A stretch of DNA of 64,000 nucleotides from Elusimicrobia bacterium GWF2_62_30 (GTDB lineage Bacteria; Elusimicrobiota; Elusimicrobia; Elusimicrobiales; UBA9959), in the NCBI GenBank assembly GCA_001799995.1, contig MGUK01000007.1:25927-89926 (forward strand), in the 5' to 3' direction. The notes under the pieces were generated by a model. That model did no database searches, was not told where the DNA came from, and was given only the letters and a program-made list of their open reading frames with translations. Shown here piece after piece: positions 9,704-19,234 of this stretch. The position numbers were made by a program, and so were the translations under genes. Within the stretch, counting starts at the first letter, position 1; the number at the start of each line of letters is the position of its first letter.

Positions 9704-9959
9704 GACCGTTGCAAAAAATCTTAAGACTCTTGCGCTGAACACGCTGCGCTCGGCATACAGGACTTTCAGGCCGGCCCTAGGGCCCGGCACCTGCAGGTTT
9801 CAACCGTCCTGTTCCGAGTACGCGTTCCAGGCGCTGGATAAACACGGGATTTTGAAAGGGACCGGCCTGGCCGCAAGGCGCCTGTCCCGCTGCCATCCTT
9901 TAACTCCGGGCGGTTACGACCCGGTGCCTGAGCTTCCCCTCGACGCCTCCGCGCATTAG
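9690..9959 (+). CDS. yidD: Membrane protein insertion efficiency factor YidD
   Basis: CRFQPSCSEYAFQALDKHGILKG...RLSRCHPLTPGGYDPVP is the YidD signature. It overlaps the rnpA end and precedes yidC. Confidence 0.85.
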   Translation: MTVDKTVAKNLKTLALNTLRSAYRTFRPALGPGTCRFQPSCSEYAFQALDKHGILKGTGLAARRLSRCHPLTPGGYDPVPELPLDASAH

Positions 9960-9973
9960 CGCGGGAGGTAAAA

Positions 9974-11566
9974 ATGCAGAAGAATCTTATTTTGGCGGTC
10001 GTATTATCCTCGCTGGTCTACATAGGCTGGTACTCCTACATGGAGAAGACCCTGCCCCAGAAAGCGCCTGCGGCGGCGGCCTCCGCCGCCCCGCAGAAAC
10101 CCGCGGAACAAAGCGCGGCCCCGACCGGCCTCGCGGCACCCGCCCAGTCCCTGATGCGCGCGGCGCGCGCCGAGACAGCGGAAGCGGCAAAGACCGGCGC
10201 GAAGCTGACGCCGGCCGTCTCCAAAGCGCTGGTTTCGCTCACGACGGATAAAGCCGAATACACCTTCCTGGCCCCGGGCGCGTCCCTGGCCGGCATGGTC
10301 TACCAGGGCCCGGTGGCCCCGGTGGAACTGGTACCGAACGCGGGCGCGGGGTTCTTCGCCACCACTTTCCAGTCGGAGTTCGCGCTCAGGTCCAAAACCG
10401 CGGACTCCGTGCAGTTCGCCGCCAGCCTTCCCGGGGGCCTGCAGCTCTTAAAAATATTCACGCTGTCCCCCGATAACGGGCTGAACTCCATCACCGTCAC
10501 CGCCGTCAACACGTCGGGCAAAACGCAGGTCCTGCCGGCCTGGGAAATGTTCCTCGGCCCCGGGCTGGGCACGGTGAAAAGCGAAGAGAAGGAGAATGCC
10601 AGCCTCTGGAAAGCGGAGTATACTTACCAGGAGGCCGGCCTCAAACACCCCACCATCAAAGAGCTCAAGGACGATCCCGCCAAGGAAGACCCCGTCTGGG
10701 CCGGCCTGAACAACCGCTACTTCCTTGCCGCCCTTGTCGGCGGGGACCTGCAGAAGACCCGCCCCTACCGCACACAGGAGAAAGTGGGCGAGGACAAAGC
10801 GCCGGTACTGGCCGTTCCTTTCGCCGCCTGCGAACTGAGGCCCGGCGAAAAACGCGAATGGACCATGAGTTTTTACTTCGGCCCGAAAGATTACCAGCAC
10901 CTGCAGAAACTGGGCAACGGGCTGGACCGTTCCGTGGACTTCGGCTATTCCCTTATCGCGCCCCTGGCCAAGCTGGCCAATTCCGCGCTGGGCTATTTCT
11001 ACAAGCTCACGGGCAATTACGGCGTGGCCATAATCATCATAAGCGTGCTGCTGCAGCTGATGCTGACGCCGCTGAGCTTTAAGAGCTATAAGGCCATGGC
11101 GGTGATGAAGAAAATACAGCCGGAGATGCAGTCCATCCAGAAGCGCTACAAGGACGACCCCAAGCGGATGAACCAGGAGGTCATGGACCTCTACAAGCGC
11201 CACGGGACCAACCCGCTCGGCGGCTGCCTGCCCATGCTGCTCCAGATCCCGGTCTTTTTCGCCCTGTTCAACGCTCTCAGGAATTCCTGGACGCTGCACG
11301 GCGCGCCGTTCGCCTTCTGGATAAAGGACCTGTCGGCCAAAGACCCGTTCTACGTGCTGCCGCTGGTGATGGGCGGCATAATGTTCCTGCAGCAGTACAT
11401 GACGCCCCAGACTTCGGATCCCGCGCAGGCGACCATGATGAAGTGGATGCCGGTGATCTTCACGTTCATGTTCCTGAGCTTCCCGTCGGGCCTGGTGATC
11501 TACTGGCTGATCAACAGCATCTGGGGCTTCGCCCAGAGCATGTACCTGCAGAAGAAGATGGGCTGA
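9974..11566 (+). CDS. yidC: Membrane protein insertase YidC
   Basis: N-terminal TM helix and large periplasmic domain. The C-terminal 60-kDa IMP core includes NYGVAIIIISVLLQLMLTPLS...MQSIQKRYKDDPKRMNQEVMDLYKRHGTNPLGGCLPMLLQIPVFFALF. Confidence 0.9.
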   Translation: MQKNLILAVVLSSLVYIGWYSYMEKTLPQKAPAAAASAAPQKPAEQSAAPTGLAAPAQSLMRAARAETAEAAKTGAKLTPAVSKALVSLTTDKAEYTFLAPGASLAGMVYQGPVAPVELVPNAGAGFFATTFQSEFALRSKTADSVQFAASLPGGLQLLKIFTLSPDNGLNSITVTAVNTSGKTQVLPAWEMFLGPGLGTVKSEEKENASLWKAEYTYQEAGLKHPTIKELKDDPAKEDPVWAGLNNRYFLAALVGGDLQKTRPYRTQEKVGEDKAPVLAVPFAACELRPGEKREWTMSFYFGPKDYQHLQKLGNGLDRSVDFGYSLIAPLAKLANSALGYFYKLTGNYGVAIIIISVLLQLMLTPLSFKSYKAMAVMKKIQPEMQSIQKRYKDDPKRMNQEVMDLYKRHGTNPLGGCLPMLLQIPVFFALFNALRNSWTLHGAPFAFWIKDLSAKDPFYVLPLVMGGIMFLQQYMTPQTSDPAQATMMKWMPVIFTFMFLSFPSGLVIYWLINSIWGFAQSMYLQKKMG

Positions 11567-11595
11567 TTTTTGTTAGCGATACGGAGGAGACATAA

Positions 11596-12732
11596 ATGAG
11601 AGAGACAAAGACAGAAGCCAAAACGATCCAGGACGCCGTCGAGAAGGGCCTTGCGGAAATGGGCCTTCGGCGCGACCAGGTCGAGGTGGTGGTAGTAACC
11701 GAAGGGACCTCGGGATTCCTCGGGTTCGGCGCTAAAAAAGCCTGCGTTATCCTCAGGGAAAAACGCTGGGCCAGCGGAACCGGCAGCGAGGAGCCGCGCG
11801 GACGCGGCCCCAGGCGCGACGGACGCGGCGGAGGCCCCAGGCGCGACGGACGCGGCGCAGGCCCCAGGCGCGAAGGCGGCCCCAGACGGGAAAGCCGTTC
11901 CGCCTCAGCCCCCAGGCGCCCCGGGCGCTACGGCTACGAAGACGCCAGGCTCCCGCCTGCGGCGTCCACGGAAGAACAACAGCAGCAGCCCCGTCCCGAA
12001 CGCGGGCCGAGAAGAGAGGGCGGCTACCAGGGCGGGTCACGGGACCGCGTCTACAAGGAAGAGCCCCTTGCGGCGGACTTCATGTCCATACAGCCCGCAC
12101 AGGACCCTGTGGAGCACGCGAAAGCCGCGCTGCTCAAGATAACCTCACTGATGGGGATGGAAACGACGGTGACCGAAGCCAGGCTCGAATCGGCGGAGAA
12201 CCTTATCTTCATCCGCTTCGAGTGCGCGGACCACACCGCGTTCACCGAAGAGAACGGGCGCGGGCTGCAGTCCCTGCAGTTCGTCGTCAACTCGATAGTC
12301 AGCCGCAAGCGCGAGCCGCACCCGGCCCTGCGCCTTGACACCGGCGGCTACTGGGACAAGAAAGAAAAGGAACTGGCCCGCCTGGTGGAGGACGCCGTCA
12401 ACTCTGTAAAGAGCACCGCCGCCCCGTTCAGGCTGGACCCCATGCCCGCTTCCATGAGGAAGATGGTGCATAACATGGTTAAGACCTCGTACCCCGGGAT
12501 GGAAACCACCTCCGAGGGCGAGGGCCGCTGGCGCAAAGTGGTGATCCGCCAGACGGAAACCGCGCAGACGGGAACCGTGCAGACGGAAACCGCGCAGGCG
12601 GAAGCCGTGCAGGCGGAAGCCGTGCGGACGGAAACCGCGCAGGCGGTAGCCGCCCCTGCCGCGGAAGCGGCGCCCGAGCAGGCGCCCGCCGTAGAGCAGA
12701 CGGTGGAAACGCAGCCTACAGAGCAGAAATAA
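11596..12732 (+). CDS. khpB: Jag/KhpB RNA-binding protein (Jag_N, KH, R3H) with low-complexity inserts
   Basis: Jag_N N-terminus (KTIQDAVEKGLAEMGL...VVVVTEGTSGFLGFG) and R3H-like C-terminal part (RLDPMPASMRKMVHNMV...). Conserved position after yidC. Confidence 0.8.
   Translation: MRETKTEAKTIQDAVEKGLAEMGLRRDQVEVVVVTEGTSGFLGFGAKKACVILREKRWASGTGSEEPRGRGPRRDGRGGGPRRDGRGAGPRREGGPRRESRSASAPRRPGRYGYEDARLPPAASTEEQQQQPRPERGPRREGGYQGGSRDRVYKEEPLAADFMSIQPAQDPVEHAKAALLKITSLMGMETTVTEARLESAENLIFIRFECADHTAFTEENGRGLQSLQFVVNSIVSRKREPHPALRLDTGGYWDKKEKELARLVEDAVNSVKSTAAPFRLDPMPASMRKMVHNMVKTSYPGMETTSEGEGRWRKVVIRQTETAQTGTVQTETAQAEAVQAEAVRTETAQAVAAPAAEAAPEQAPAVEQTVETQPTEQK
11806..11892 (+). repeat. 27-bp tandem repeat (about 3 units) inside jag, encoding GPRRDGRGG units
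   Basis: ggccccaggcgcgacggacgcggcgga repeats at 11806, 11833 and 11860 (degenerating). It is in frame and gives an Arg/Gly-rich linker. Confidence 0.8.
12550..12654 (+). repeat. 15-bp periodic tandem repeat (7 units) at the jag 3' end
   Basis: cagacggaaaccgcg-like units encode QTETA/QTGTV/QAEAV pentapeptide repeats. Confidence 0.8.
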
Positions 12733-12801
12733 CAAGCGGTGACATACACAGCGTGACAGCCACAGCGCTGTCACGCTGTTCAATTTCGCGGTTACCGGAC
12801 C

Positions 12802-14157
12802 ATGACGCTACCCGACACGGAGCAGACCATAGTTGCGCAGGCCACGCCGCCCGGCACGGGCGCCCTGGCCGTTATCCGCCTGTCCGGCCCGGGAGCGTTT
12901 TGCGCCGCGGCCTCTTTTACCCGTCCGCCGCAGAAGGCCCCGCAGCACCGGCGCGCCGTCCTGCTCGACATCGCCGACGGCGCGAAGCTGATAGACAGGG
13001 TGGTGGCGGTTTTTTTCCGCGCCCCGGCCAGCTACACCGGGCAGGACACGGTGGAAATAACCTGCCACGGGTCTCCCTTCATAATACGCTCTATCCTCAA
13101 CCTGGCCGTCAGGGCCGGCGCCAGGCCGGCCGCCCCGGGGGAATTCACGCTCCGCGCGTTCCTCAACGGCAAACTGGACCTGGCCCAGGCCGAGGCCGTG
13201 GGGGGGCTGATAGCCGCGGGCAGCGAAGCGGCGCACCGCGCCGCCATCTCGCAGGTGCGCGGAGAGCTGTCCGCAGAAGTACTGGGCCTCAGGGAAAAAC
13301 TGGTGCGCCTGCTCGCGCAGCTGGAAGCCCGCCTCGACGATTCATACGAAGAAACGCCCGTTCTCGACGTAGCGCGCTTCGCGCGCGAAGCGGCGGCGGT
13401 GAGCAGGGACACCCTGCGCCTGGCCGCCGGGTTCGAAAGCGGCCGCGGCATCCGCGAGGGCGTCAGGGTAGCCATCACCGGCGCGCCCAATTCCGGCAAG
13501 TCCTCGCTGCTCAACGCCCTGCTGGGCTACGACCGCGCGATAGTTTCGCCCCAGGCCGGCACCACCAGGGACACTCTCGACGTGGAGCTGGAAATACACG
13601 GTTTTTCGGTGATCTTCACCGACACGGCCGGGATCAACGCCGCTAAAAAAGGGCCGCTTGAAAAGGAGGGCATGGACCGGGCGGCCAAGGCCGTAAAAGC
13701 GGCGGACATCGTGCTGCTCCTCAAAGACGCGTCCACCGGCACTACGGCAAGCGACAAGCTGGCCCTGCGCCGCGCCCTGGAGCCGGCCCCGGCGCAGCTC
13801 ATCCGGATCCTCTCCAAAGCCGACCTGCCACGGGCAGCGCGCGGCGCCGGGTTGAAGGTGTCATCGAGGACGGGGGAAGGGCTCCCGGCCCTGAAGAAGG
13901 CCCTCGTCGCCCGGCAAAAAAGGGCCATGAAGGACGGGGCGCAGGCCGCCGTAACTTTCGCGCGCCATTTCGATGCGCTGAACAAGGCAGCCGCCGAACT
14001 GGGGAAACTGGCGGCGCTGCTGCGCGCGGGCGCGGAGCTGGAGCTGCAGGCCGAGCACCTGCGGCGCGCGCTGGCGGCGCTGGCCTCCATCTCCGGAGAG
14101 ACCGCTCCCGAGGAAGTGCTGGCGGACATTTTCAGGAATTTCTGCGTGGGGAAATAA
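12802..14157 (+). CDS. mnmE: tRNA modification GTPase MnmE
   Basis: TIVAQATPPGTGALAVIRLSG N-terminus, G-domain GAPNSGKSSLLNALLG and DTAG, and the C-terminal FCVGK tail. Confidence 0.92.
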   Translation: MTLPDTEQTIVAQATPPGTGALAVIRLSGPGAFCAAASFTRPPQKAPQHRRAVLLDIADGAKLIDRVVAVFFRAPASYTGQDTVEITCHGSPFIIRSILNLAVRAGARPAAPGEFTLRAFLNGKLDLAQAEAVGGLIAAGSEAAHRAAISQVRGELSAEVLGLREKLVRLLAQLEARLDDSYEETPVLDVARFAREAAAVSRDTLRLAAGFESGRGIREGVRVAITGAPNSGKSSLLNALLGYDRAIVSPQAGTTRDTLDVELEIHGFSVIFTDTAGINAAKKGPLEKEGMDRAAKAVKAADIVLLLKDASTGTTASDKLALRRALEPAPAQLIRILSKADLPRAARGAGLKVSSRTGEGLPALKKALVARQKRAMKDGAQAAVTFARHFDALNKAAAELGKLAALLRAGAELELQAEHLRRALAALASISGETAPEEVLADIFRNFCVGK

Positions 14158-14158
14158 G

Positions 14159-14902
14159 ATGCGCGAGACCGCCCTTCTTTTCGGCAAAGTGCTGCTTCGG
14201 CCTTCGGAGGCGCTGCGCGAGCTTTTCGCGGAGTCCCGCACGCTGGCCCCATCCCTTTTATTCTTCGCGCTGTACACGGCGGGCGCGGCCGCCGCCGCGG
14301 TCTTCCTGCCGCGGTCGTTCATGCCGGAAGCCCCGGCCCTGGCCTTCGGCCGCTCCTTTACGGCCTACCTCCTGGCGGGGGCGGCCGGGAGCGCGGTCAA
14401 CACGCTGCTGGCCGCGGCTTTCCTGCCGCGCCTCGCCGCCGTCCTTGCCCGCGGGCGGATAGGGCCGCGCGTGCTCCTGGGGCTGGGGGGGACGCTCGCG
14501 TATTTCGCGGCGCTCGCCCTCTTGAAAAATTATCCCGCGGCCCTTGCCTGCGCCGCGCTGGCGGCGGCCGCCGCCGCGTTCTTCGCCTACCAGGGAGAAA
14601 AAAGTTCCTTTCCGGCCATGCTGCGCGTGCTGCTGGCCTCTTTCGCCATAGGGACGGCGATCCTCCCGCTGGAGGGCCTGGCGATCCTGCTTTCCTCCAG
14701 CCGTCTCTACGAGCTTTCCGTTCTCGCCATGGCCCTGTGGTATTTTGTTTTCCTGGTAAAAGCGCTGCGCCTGGCGGGCGGGCCCGGCGGGCCTCGCGCC
14801 GCGGCCGCGGTTTTCCTCGCCATGGCGGCCTCCGGGCTGTTCCTGTATAACGTTTCGCTGCTGCTGCCGGAAAATATGCAGGCGCTGGTGATGCTCTTCT
14901 GA
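14159..14902 (+). CDS. Ala-rich polytopic membrane protein (Yip1-like topology)
   Basis: Tight spacing between mnmE and mnmG. Five to six hydrophobic helices. No recognisable catalytic motif. Confidence 0.5.
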   Translation: MRETALLFGKVLLRPSEALRELFAESRTLAPSLLFFALYTAGAAAAAVFLPRSFMPEAPALAFGRSFTAYLLAGAAGSAVNTLLAAAFLPRLAAVLARGRIGPRVLLGLGGTLAYFAALALLKNYPAALACAALAAAAAAFFAYQGEKSSFPAMLRVLLASFAIGTAILPLEGLAILLSSSRLYELSVLAMALWYFVFLVKALRLAGGPGGPRAAAAVFLAMAASGLFLYNVSLLLPENMQALVMLF

Positions 14903-14904
14903 CC

Positions 14905-16719
14905 ATGTTCAACTATCCGCGGGATTTCGACGTTATCGTGATAGGCGGCGGGCACGCCGGGTGCGAAGCCGCGCTCGCGGCCGCGCGGCTCGGGGCGGTG
15001 ACGCTGCTGCTTACGCAGGACCTGGACACCGTCGCCCAGATGTCCTGCAATCCCTCCATCGGCGGCGTGGGCAAAGGCCAGCTGGTGCGCGAGATAGACG
15101 CGCTCGGCGGGGAAATGGCGAAGATAACGGACCGGGCCATGCTCGGCTGCCATATGCTCAACACCTCCAAAGGCGCGGCCGTCAGGTCGCCACGCGCGCA
15201 GTGCGACAAGAAGCTTTATCAGTTCTCCATGAAACACGCGCTGGAGCGGCAGGCCGGGCTCCTGGCCGTGCAGGACGAGGCGGTGCGCGTGCTGACCCGC
15301 GGCGGAAAAGCCTGCGGGGTGGAGACCGCGCGAGGCACGCGCTACCGCGCCCCGTCGGTAATACTGACGGCCGGAACGTTCATGCGGGGGGTCGTTCACA
15401 TCGGCCTGCGCTCTTTTCCCGGCGGGCGGTACAACCACCCGCCGAGCAACCCGCTTTCGGAGAGCCTGCTCGCCCTGGGCCTGAAGCTGGGCAGGCTCAA
15501 GACCGGCACCCCTATGCGGCTCCACGCCCGCGGCATCGATTTTTCCAAATGCGACCGGCAGGCCCCGGATTCCCCGGCGCAGCCGTTCTCCCATTTCACG
15601 CCCGCCATCACCAACAAGCTGCTGCCCTGCTGGATAACGCGCACCACGGCGCTGACCGCGGAGGTGATCCGGGCCGGCCTGCACGGGTCCCCGCTTTACA
15701 GCGGCAAGATCAAATCCACCGGCCCCCGCTACTGCCCGTCGATCGAGGACAAAGTGGTCAAGTTCCCGCATCACGGCGCGCACCACGTCTTCCTGGAACC
15801 GGAGGGTTTCGACACGGAGGAATACTACGTCAACGGGCTCTCCACGAGCCTGCCCGAAGAAACCCAGATCGAGATAGTCCGGTCCGTGCCGGGCCTGGAG
15901 CGCGCCGAGATCGTGCGGGCCGGCTACGCCATCGAGTACGACTACTGCGACCCGTCGGGGCTGGACTACACGCTGCAGACGCGCGCCGTGGAAGGTCTGT
16001 TCCTGGCCGGCCAGGTCAACGGCACCACCGGCTACGAAGAGGCGGCCGCGCAGGGTCTGGTGGCGGGCATAAACGCGGCCCTGAAAGTGAACAAAAAAGA
16101 GCCGCTCATTTTACGCCGGGATGAAGCCTACATCGGCGTTATGCTCGACGACCTGGTCACGAAAGGCGTGGATGAGCCGTACCGGGTCTTCACTTCGCGG
16201 GCCGAATACCGGCTGCTGCTCCGCCAGGATAACGCCGACCTGCGCCTGGCCCCGCATGGCTTCAGGCTCGGGCTGCTGCCCCGCGCGCGGGCTGCGGCCT
16301 TCGAAGCGTATGCCAGGGCGGTAACGGAGCTGGGCGCCGCGGGCAAGACCCGGGAATGCCTGCCGGAAGACGGGCCCTGGACGGGACAAAGGGCCGCCGC
16401 CACGGCGGAAATAGAAAAAAAATACGCCGTCTATATCGGGCACAACCGCAAGGAAGCGGAACGCCTCAAGAAATTCGAGCACCTGCGCATCCCCGAAGGT
16501 TTCGATTACGTGAAGGCCCCGGGCCTGTCCAACGAAGCCAGGCACAAACTGCAGAAGGTCCGCCCGCTGACCCTCGCGCAGGCGGGCCGTATACCGGGGC
16601 TGACCCCGGCCGACATACAGCTGCTGTGGGTGAATATGGGCAGAGGGCGCGCCGCGCAGGCGCCCGGCGCCGCCGGACCTCAGGCGAGGAAATCCTCAAG
16701 GAAGGGGAAAAGCGAATGA
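14905..16719 (+). CDS. mnmG: tRNA uridine 5-carboxymethylaminomethyl modification enzyme MnmG (GidA)
   Basis: FDVIVIGGGHAGCEAALAAARLG FAD motif, MSCNPSIGGVGKGQLVREIDALGG, and GQVNGTTGYEEAAAQG. Confidence 0.95.
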   Translation: MFNYPRDFDVIVIGGGHAGCEAALAAARLGAVTLLLTQDLDTVAQMSCNPSIGGVGKGQLVREIDALGGEMAKITDRAMLGCHMLNTSKGAAVRSPRAQCDKKLYQFSMKHALERQAGLLAVQDEAVRVLTRGGKACGVETARGTRYRAPSVILTAGTFMRGVVHIGLRSFPGGRYNHPPSNPLSESLLALGLKLGRLKTGTPMRLHARGIDFSKCDRQAPDSPAQPFSHFTPAITNKLLPCWITRTTALTAEVIRAGLHGSPLYSGKIKSTGPRYCPSIEDKVVKFPHHGAHHVFLEPEGFDTEEYYVNGLSTSLPEETQIEIVRSVPGLERAEIVRAGYAIEYDYCDPSGLDYTLQTRAVEGLFLAGQVNGTTGYEEAAAQGLVAGINAALKVNKKEPLILRRDEAYIGVMLDDLVTKGVDEPYRVFTSRAEYRLLLRQDNADLRLAPHGFRLGLLPRARAAAFEAYARAVTELGAAGKTRECLPEDGPWTGQRAAATAEIEKKYAVYIGHNRKEAERLKKFEHLRIPEGFDYVKAPGLSNEARHKLQKVRPLTLAQAGRIPGLTPADIQLLWVNMGRGRAAQAPGAAGPQARKSSRKGKSE

Positions 16720-17372
16720 ACGAAGAACTGAAAGCGGCGCTGGCGGGCTGGGGCGTGACGCTGACTCCCGCGCAAGAAGGCAGGCTGGAGATCTACGCTG
16801 CCAGGCTTATAGAGAGCAACGCCGTTATGAACCTGATCTCGCAGGCCGACGAGGCCGCGGTCTGGCCGCGCCATATCGCCGATTCCCTGGCGGCCGCGCC
16901 GCTGCTGCGCCGCTACGCCAAGCCCGGCGCGCTGATCTGCGACTCGGGCACCGGCGCCGGCTTCCCCGGCGTGCCGCTGGCCGCCGCGCTGGAAGAGTAC
17001 CGGTTCGAGCTGGTGGATTCCATCGGCAAGCGCTGCGCGTTCATCTCCGGGGCCCTGGCCGCCATGGGAACGGAGAACGCCGCGGTGTTCCAGCGCAGGG
17101 TGGGGGAAGGCCCGAAGGCCCCGCGCTACGCCGCCGTTACCGAGCGCGCCATGGGAAAGCTTGAAAATATACTGCCCCAATGCTTAAATATGTTGACCGA
17201 AGGCGGCGTGTTCCTGGCCTGGCAGAGCGCGGCGCAGGTCGCCTCCGTGCGGCCGGAAGTGGAAAAGGCGATGGCCGCCGCCCGCGCCGTGCTGGCGGAA
17301 AAGGCGGGCTACAGGCTGCCGGGGGAAAAAGAGGACCGCTTCATACTGGTCTTCAGGAAGCAGGGGAGATAG
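16715..17372 (+). CDS. rsmG: 16S rRNA (guanine527-N7)-methyltransferase RsmG (GidB)
   Basis: MNEELKAALAGWGVTLTPAQEGRLEIYAARLIESNAVMNL...DSGTGAGFPGVPLA SAM motif. ATGA overlap with the mnmG stop. The track ORF start at 16356 is an out-of-frame overlap with mnmG. Confidence 0.85.
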
Positions 17373-17376
17373 CGCT

Positions 17377-17934
17377 ATGCACGTCCTTAATTATTATTTC
17401 ACGCCGTTCGCGGTGATACTTATCTTGTTCGCCATATTTTTTTCCGAGCCGGAGAAAAACGTCACTTACCTGTCGTTCGGCCTGCTGGCCGCTTCGTTCA
17501 TAGTCAACTACTGGCTAAACTCCAATATCTACAGGCTGATGCAGTATACCCGGCACATCCGCGGCATCACGGTCTGGATCAACCTGCTCACCAGCGCCGT
17601 CCTGTTCTACCTGCTGTTCCCTTACTGGGCGCCCATGTGGCTGCTGTTCCTCACGGCGCCGGCGGCGGCCGCCATGTTCATGAAGAAGTGGCAGGTCTTC
17701 CTTACCGCAGCCGCGGCGGCGGCGGTAATGCTGGGCATCTACCTCTACAAAGGCATGGCCTTCGCCATGGCCGACGCGCCCGCCATGACGCTGGCGCAGG
17801 CCTTCTCCCAGGCTATGGAGAGCACCCAGCTCTGGGCCGTATGCGCCACGCAGGCGGTCTTTATCATCTTTTTCTCGATGTTCACTGCGGCGATGGCGGA
17901 GATGGCGGTAAAGGTGCGCGATTCCATGCGGTAA
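17377..17934 (+). CDS. Hypothetical polytopic membrane protein
   Basis: Five predicted hydrophobic helices. Tightly follows rsmG. Confidence 0.5.
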   Translation: MHVLNYYFTPFAVILILFAIFFSEPEKNVTYLSFGLLAASFIVNYWLNSNIYRLMQYTRHIRGITVWINLLTSAVLFYLLFPYWAPMWLLFLTAPAAAAMFMKKWQVFLTAAAAAAVMLGIYLYKGMAFAMADAPAMTLAQAFSQAMESTQLWAVCATQAVFIIFFSMFTAAMAEMAVKVRDSMR

Positions 17935-17954
17935 GGGATCGGGCGCCGCTTTAA

Positions 17955-19058
17955 ATGGACATATTATCCAAACTAAGGATAGTCTTCTGGGGCCTTATCA
18001 TAGGCATCTGGGGCCTTTTCATGTACCAGTACATGAGCGAGGACATGTCCCTGGTAAAGAAATTCCGCGTCGGCAATAATCCCTTCACGGGAAAACCGGA
18101 GTCCTCCCACGTAGAAAGAAGAACGGCCCCGCCGCCGGCCTTCGTCCCGCCCGGCCCCGCCCAGCCGCAGGCCGCGCTGCCGCAGCAGGGCTCCCTGGTA
18201 ATGCCCCTGGCCAGCCCCGACATAAAGGACGTCGCCTCTTCGGAGGTGATGCCGATGCATACCGCCGAGGACAAGGCGGCCATAAACGTTTCAGGCGCCG
18301 ACGATGAAACCGCCTACCCCGCCACTCCCGAAGGTTTTGCCAGGCTGGTCACGCGGCATTTCGTGATCTACGAAGAAGGCAAAGAGGTTTCGAAGGAGAT
18401 CTCCGAAACGGTGGAAACCCTGCACGGCAGCATCATGCTGGACCTGGTGGCCTTTTCGCCGTGGACGCGAGAAAAAAAAGTATTCATCTTCTTTTCCCAG
18501 AGCCAGGAAACTTACCGCCGCATAACCGGCCGGCCCGGCTGGTCGGGGGGGGCGGCTTCCCTCTCCGAGCGCAAGATCTACCTGTATAAGAGCGACGAAG
18601 CCTTCGGCATCCTGGCGCATGAGCTGACCCACATCTATTTCGACAGCTTCTTTACGCCGAGCAATCCCAGCCCGCTGTGGCTCAGCGAGGGCCTGGCCAC
18701 GTACGTCCAGTCGGAAAGGGGCAATGCCACCCCGGACTGGCTGGCGCAGAACCTGAAGCTGCTCGACGGCGGCAGCGGCTTCAAGCTGCCGGACCTGGTG
18801 CGCATCGAGAACCTTTCAGGCGCCGACGAAGACAATATCCGCCTGTGGTACGCGCAGTCCTACAGCGTTACGCGCTTCCTGATGAAGATGAAATCCGGCG
18901 ACGCGTTCTACCTCTTCTGCAAGGGGCTGCGCGACGGCGTCCCCGCTTCGCAGGCGCTCTACCGCGCCTACGGCATGCCCTACAACAAGTTCTCTTCCCT
19001 GGAATACGCCTGGCGCTACGACCTCAAGACCGGCAAGATCTCCGACGTGAACCGCTAA
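17955..19058 (+). CDS. Membrane-anchored putative zinc metallopeptidase (peptidase MA-like)
   Basis: N-terminal TM helix, Pro-rich linker and an HELTH (HExxH) motif in ILAHELTHIYFDSFF. Confidence 0.55.
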   Translation: MDILSKLRIVFWGLIIGIWGLFMYQYMSEDMSLVKKFRVGNNPFTGKPESSHVERRTAPPPAFVPPGPAQPQAALPQQGSLVMPLASPDIKDVASSEVMPMHTAEDKAAINVSGADDETAYPATPEGFARLVTRHFVIYEEGKEVSKEISETVETLHGSIMLDLVAFSPWTREKKVFIFFSQSQETYRRITGRPGWSGGAASLSERKIYLYKSDEAFGILAHELTHIYFDSFFTPSNPSPLWLSEGLATYVQSERGNATPDWLAQNLKLLDGGSGFKLPDLVRIENLSGADEDNIRLWYAQSYSVTRFLMKMKSGDAFYLFCKGLRDGVPASQALYRAYGMPYNKFSSLEYAWRYDLKTGKISDVNR

Positions 19059-19103
19059 CCCCGAATACACCCGGGCCCATTAATTTATATTCCTTATATA
19101 TAA

Positions 19104-19140
19104 GGCGCAGGTTGACAACGCTCAACCCGCGCCTTTTTTT
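19104..19140 (+). terminator. Rho-independent terminator
   Basis: ggcgcaggttga / tcaacccgcgcc stem (one mismatch) followed by 7 T. Confidence 0.7.
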
Positions 19141-19196
19141 ACGGCATTTTTTACCACAAAATATGTCTATAAAACAAACACTTTTTAAAAAAGCTA

Positions 19197-19226
19197 TTGA
19201 CAGGTGGGGAACCTATGCTGTATATT
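19197..19226 (+). promoter_or_regulatory. Candidate dcw (Pmra-like) promoter
   Basis: Consensus TTGACA (19197-19202), 18-nt spacer, TATATT (19221-19226), in an AT-rich region upstream of mraZ. Confidence 0.55.
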
Positions 19227-19234
19227 TTATTCCC

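Noticed and set aside
16356-16714. The upstream 120 codons of the rsmG ORF, overlapping mnmG.
   Set aside because: It is out of frame inside the conserved mnmG 3' end. The RsmG homology begins at MNEELK (16715) with a typical ATGA coupling.
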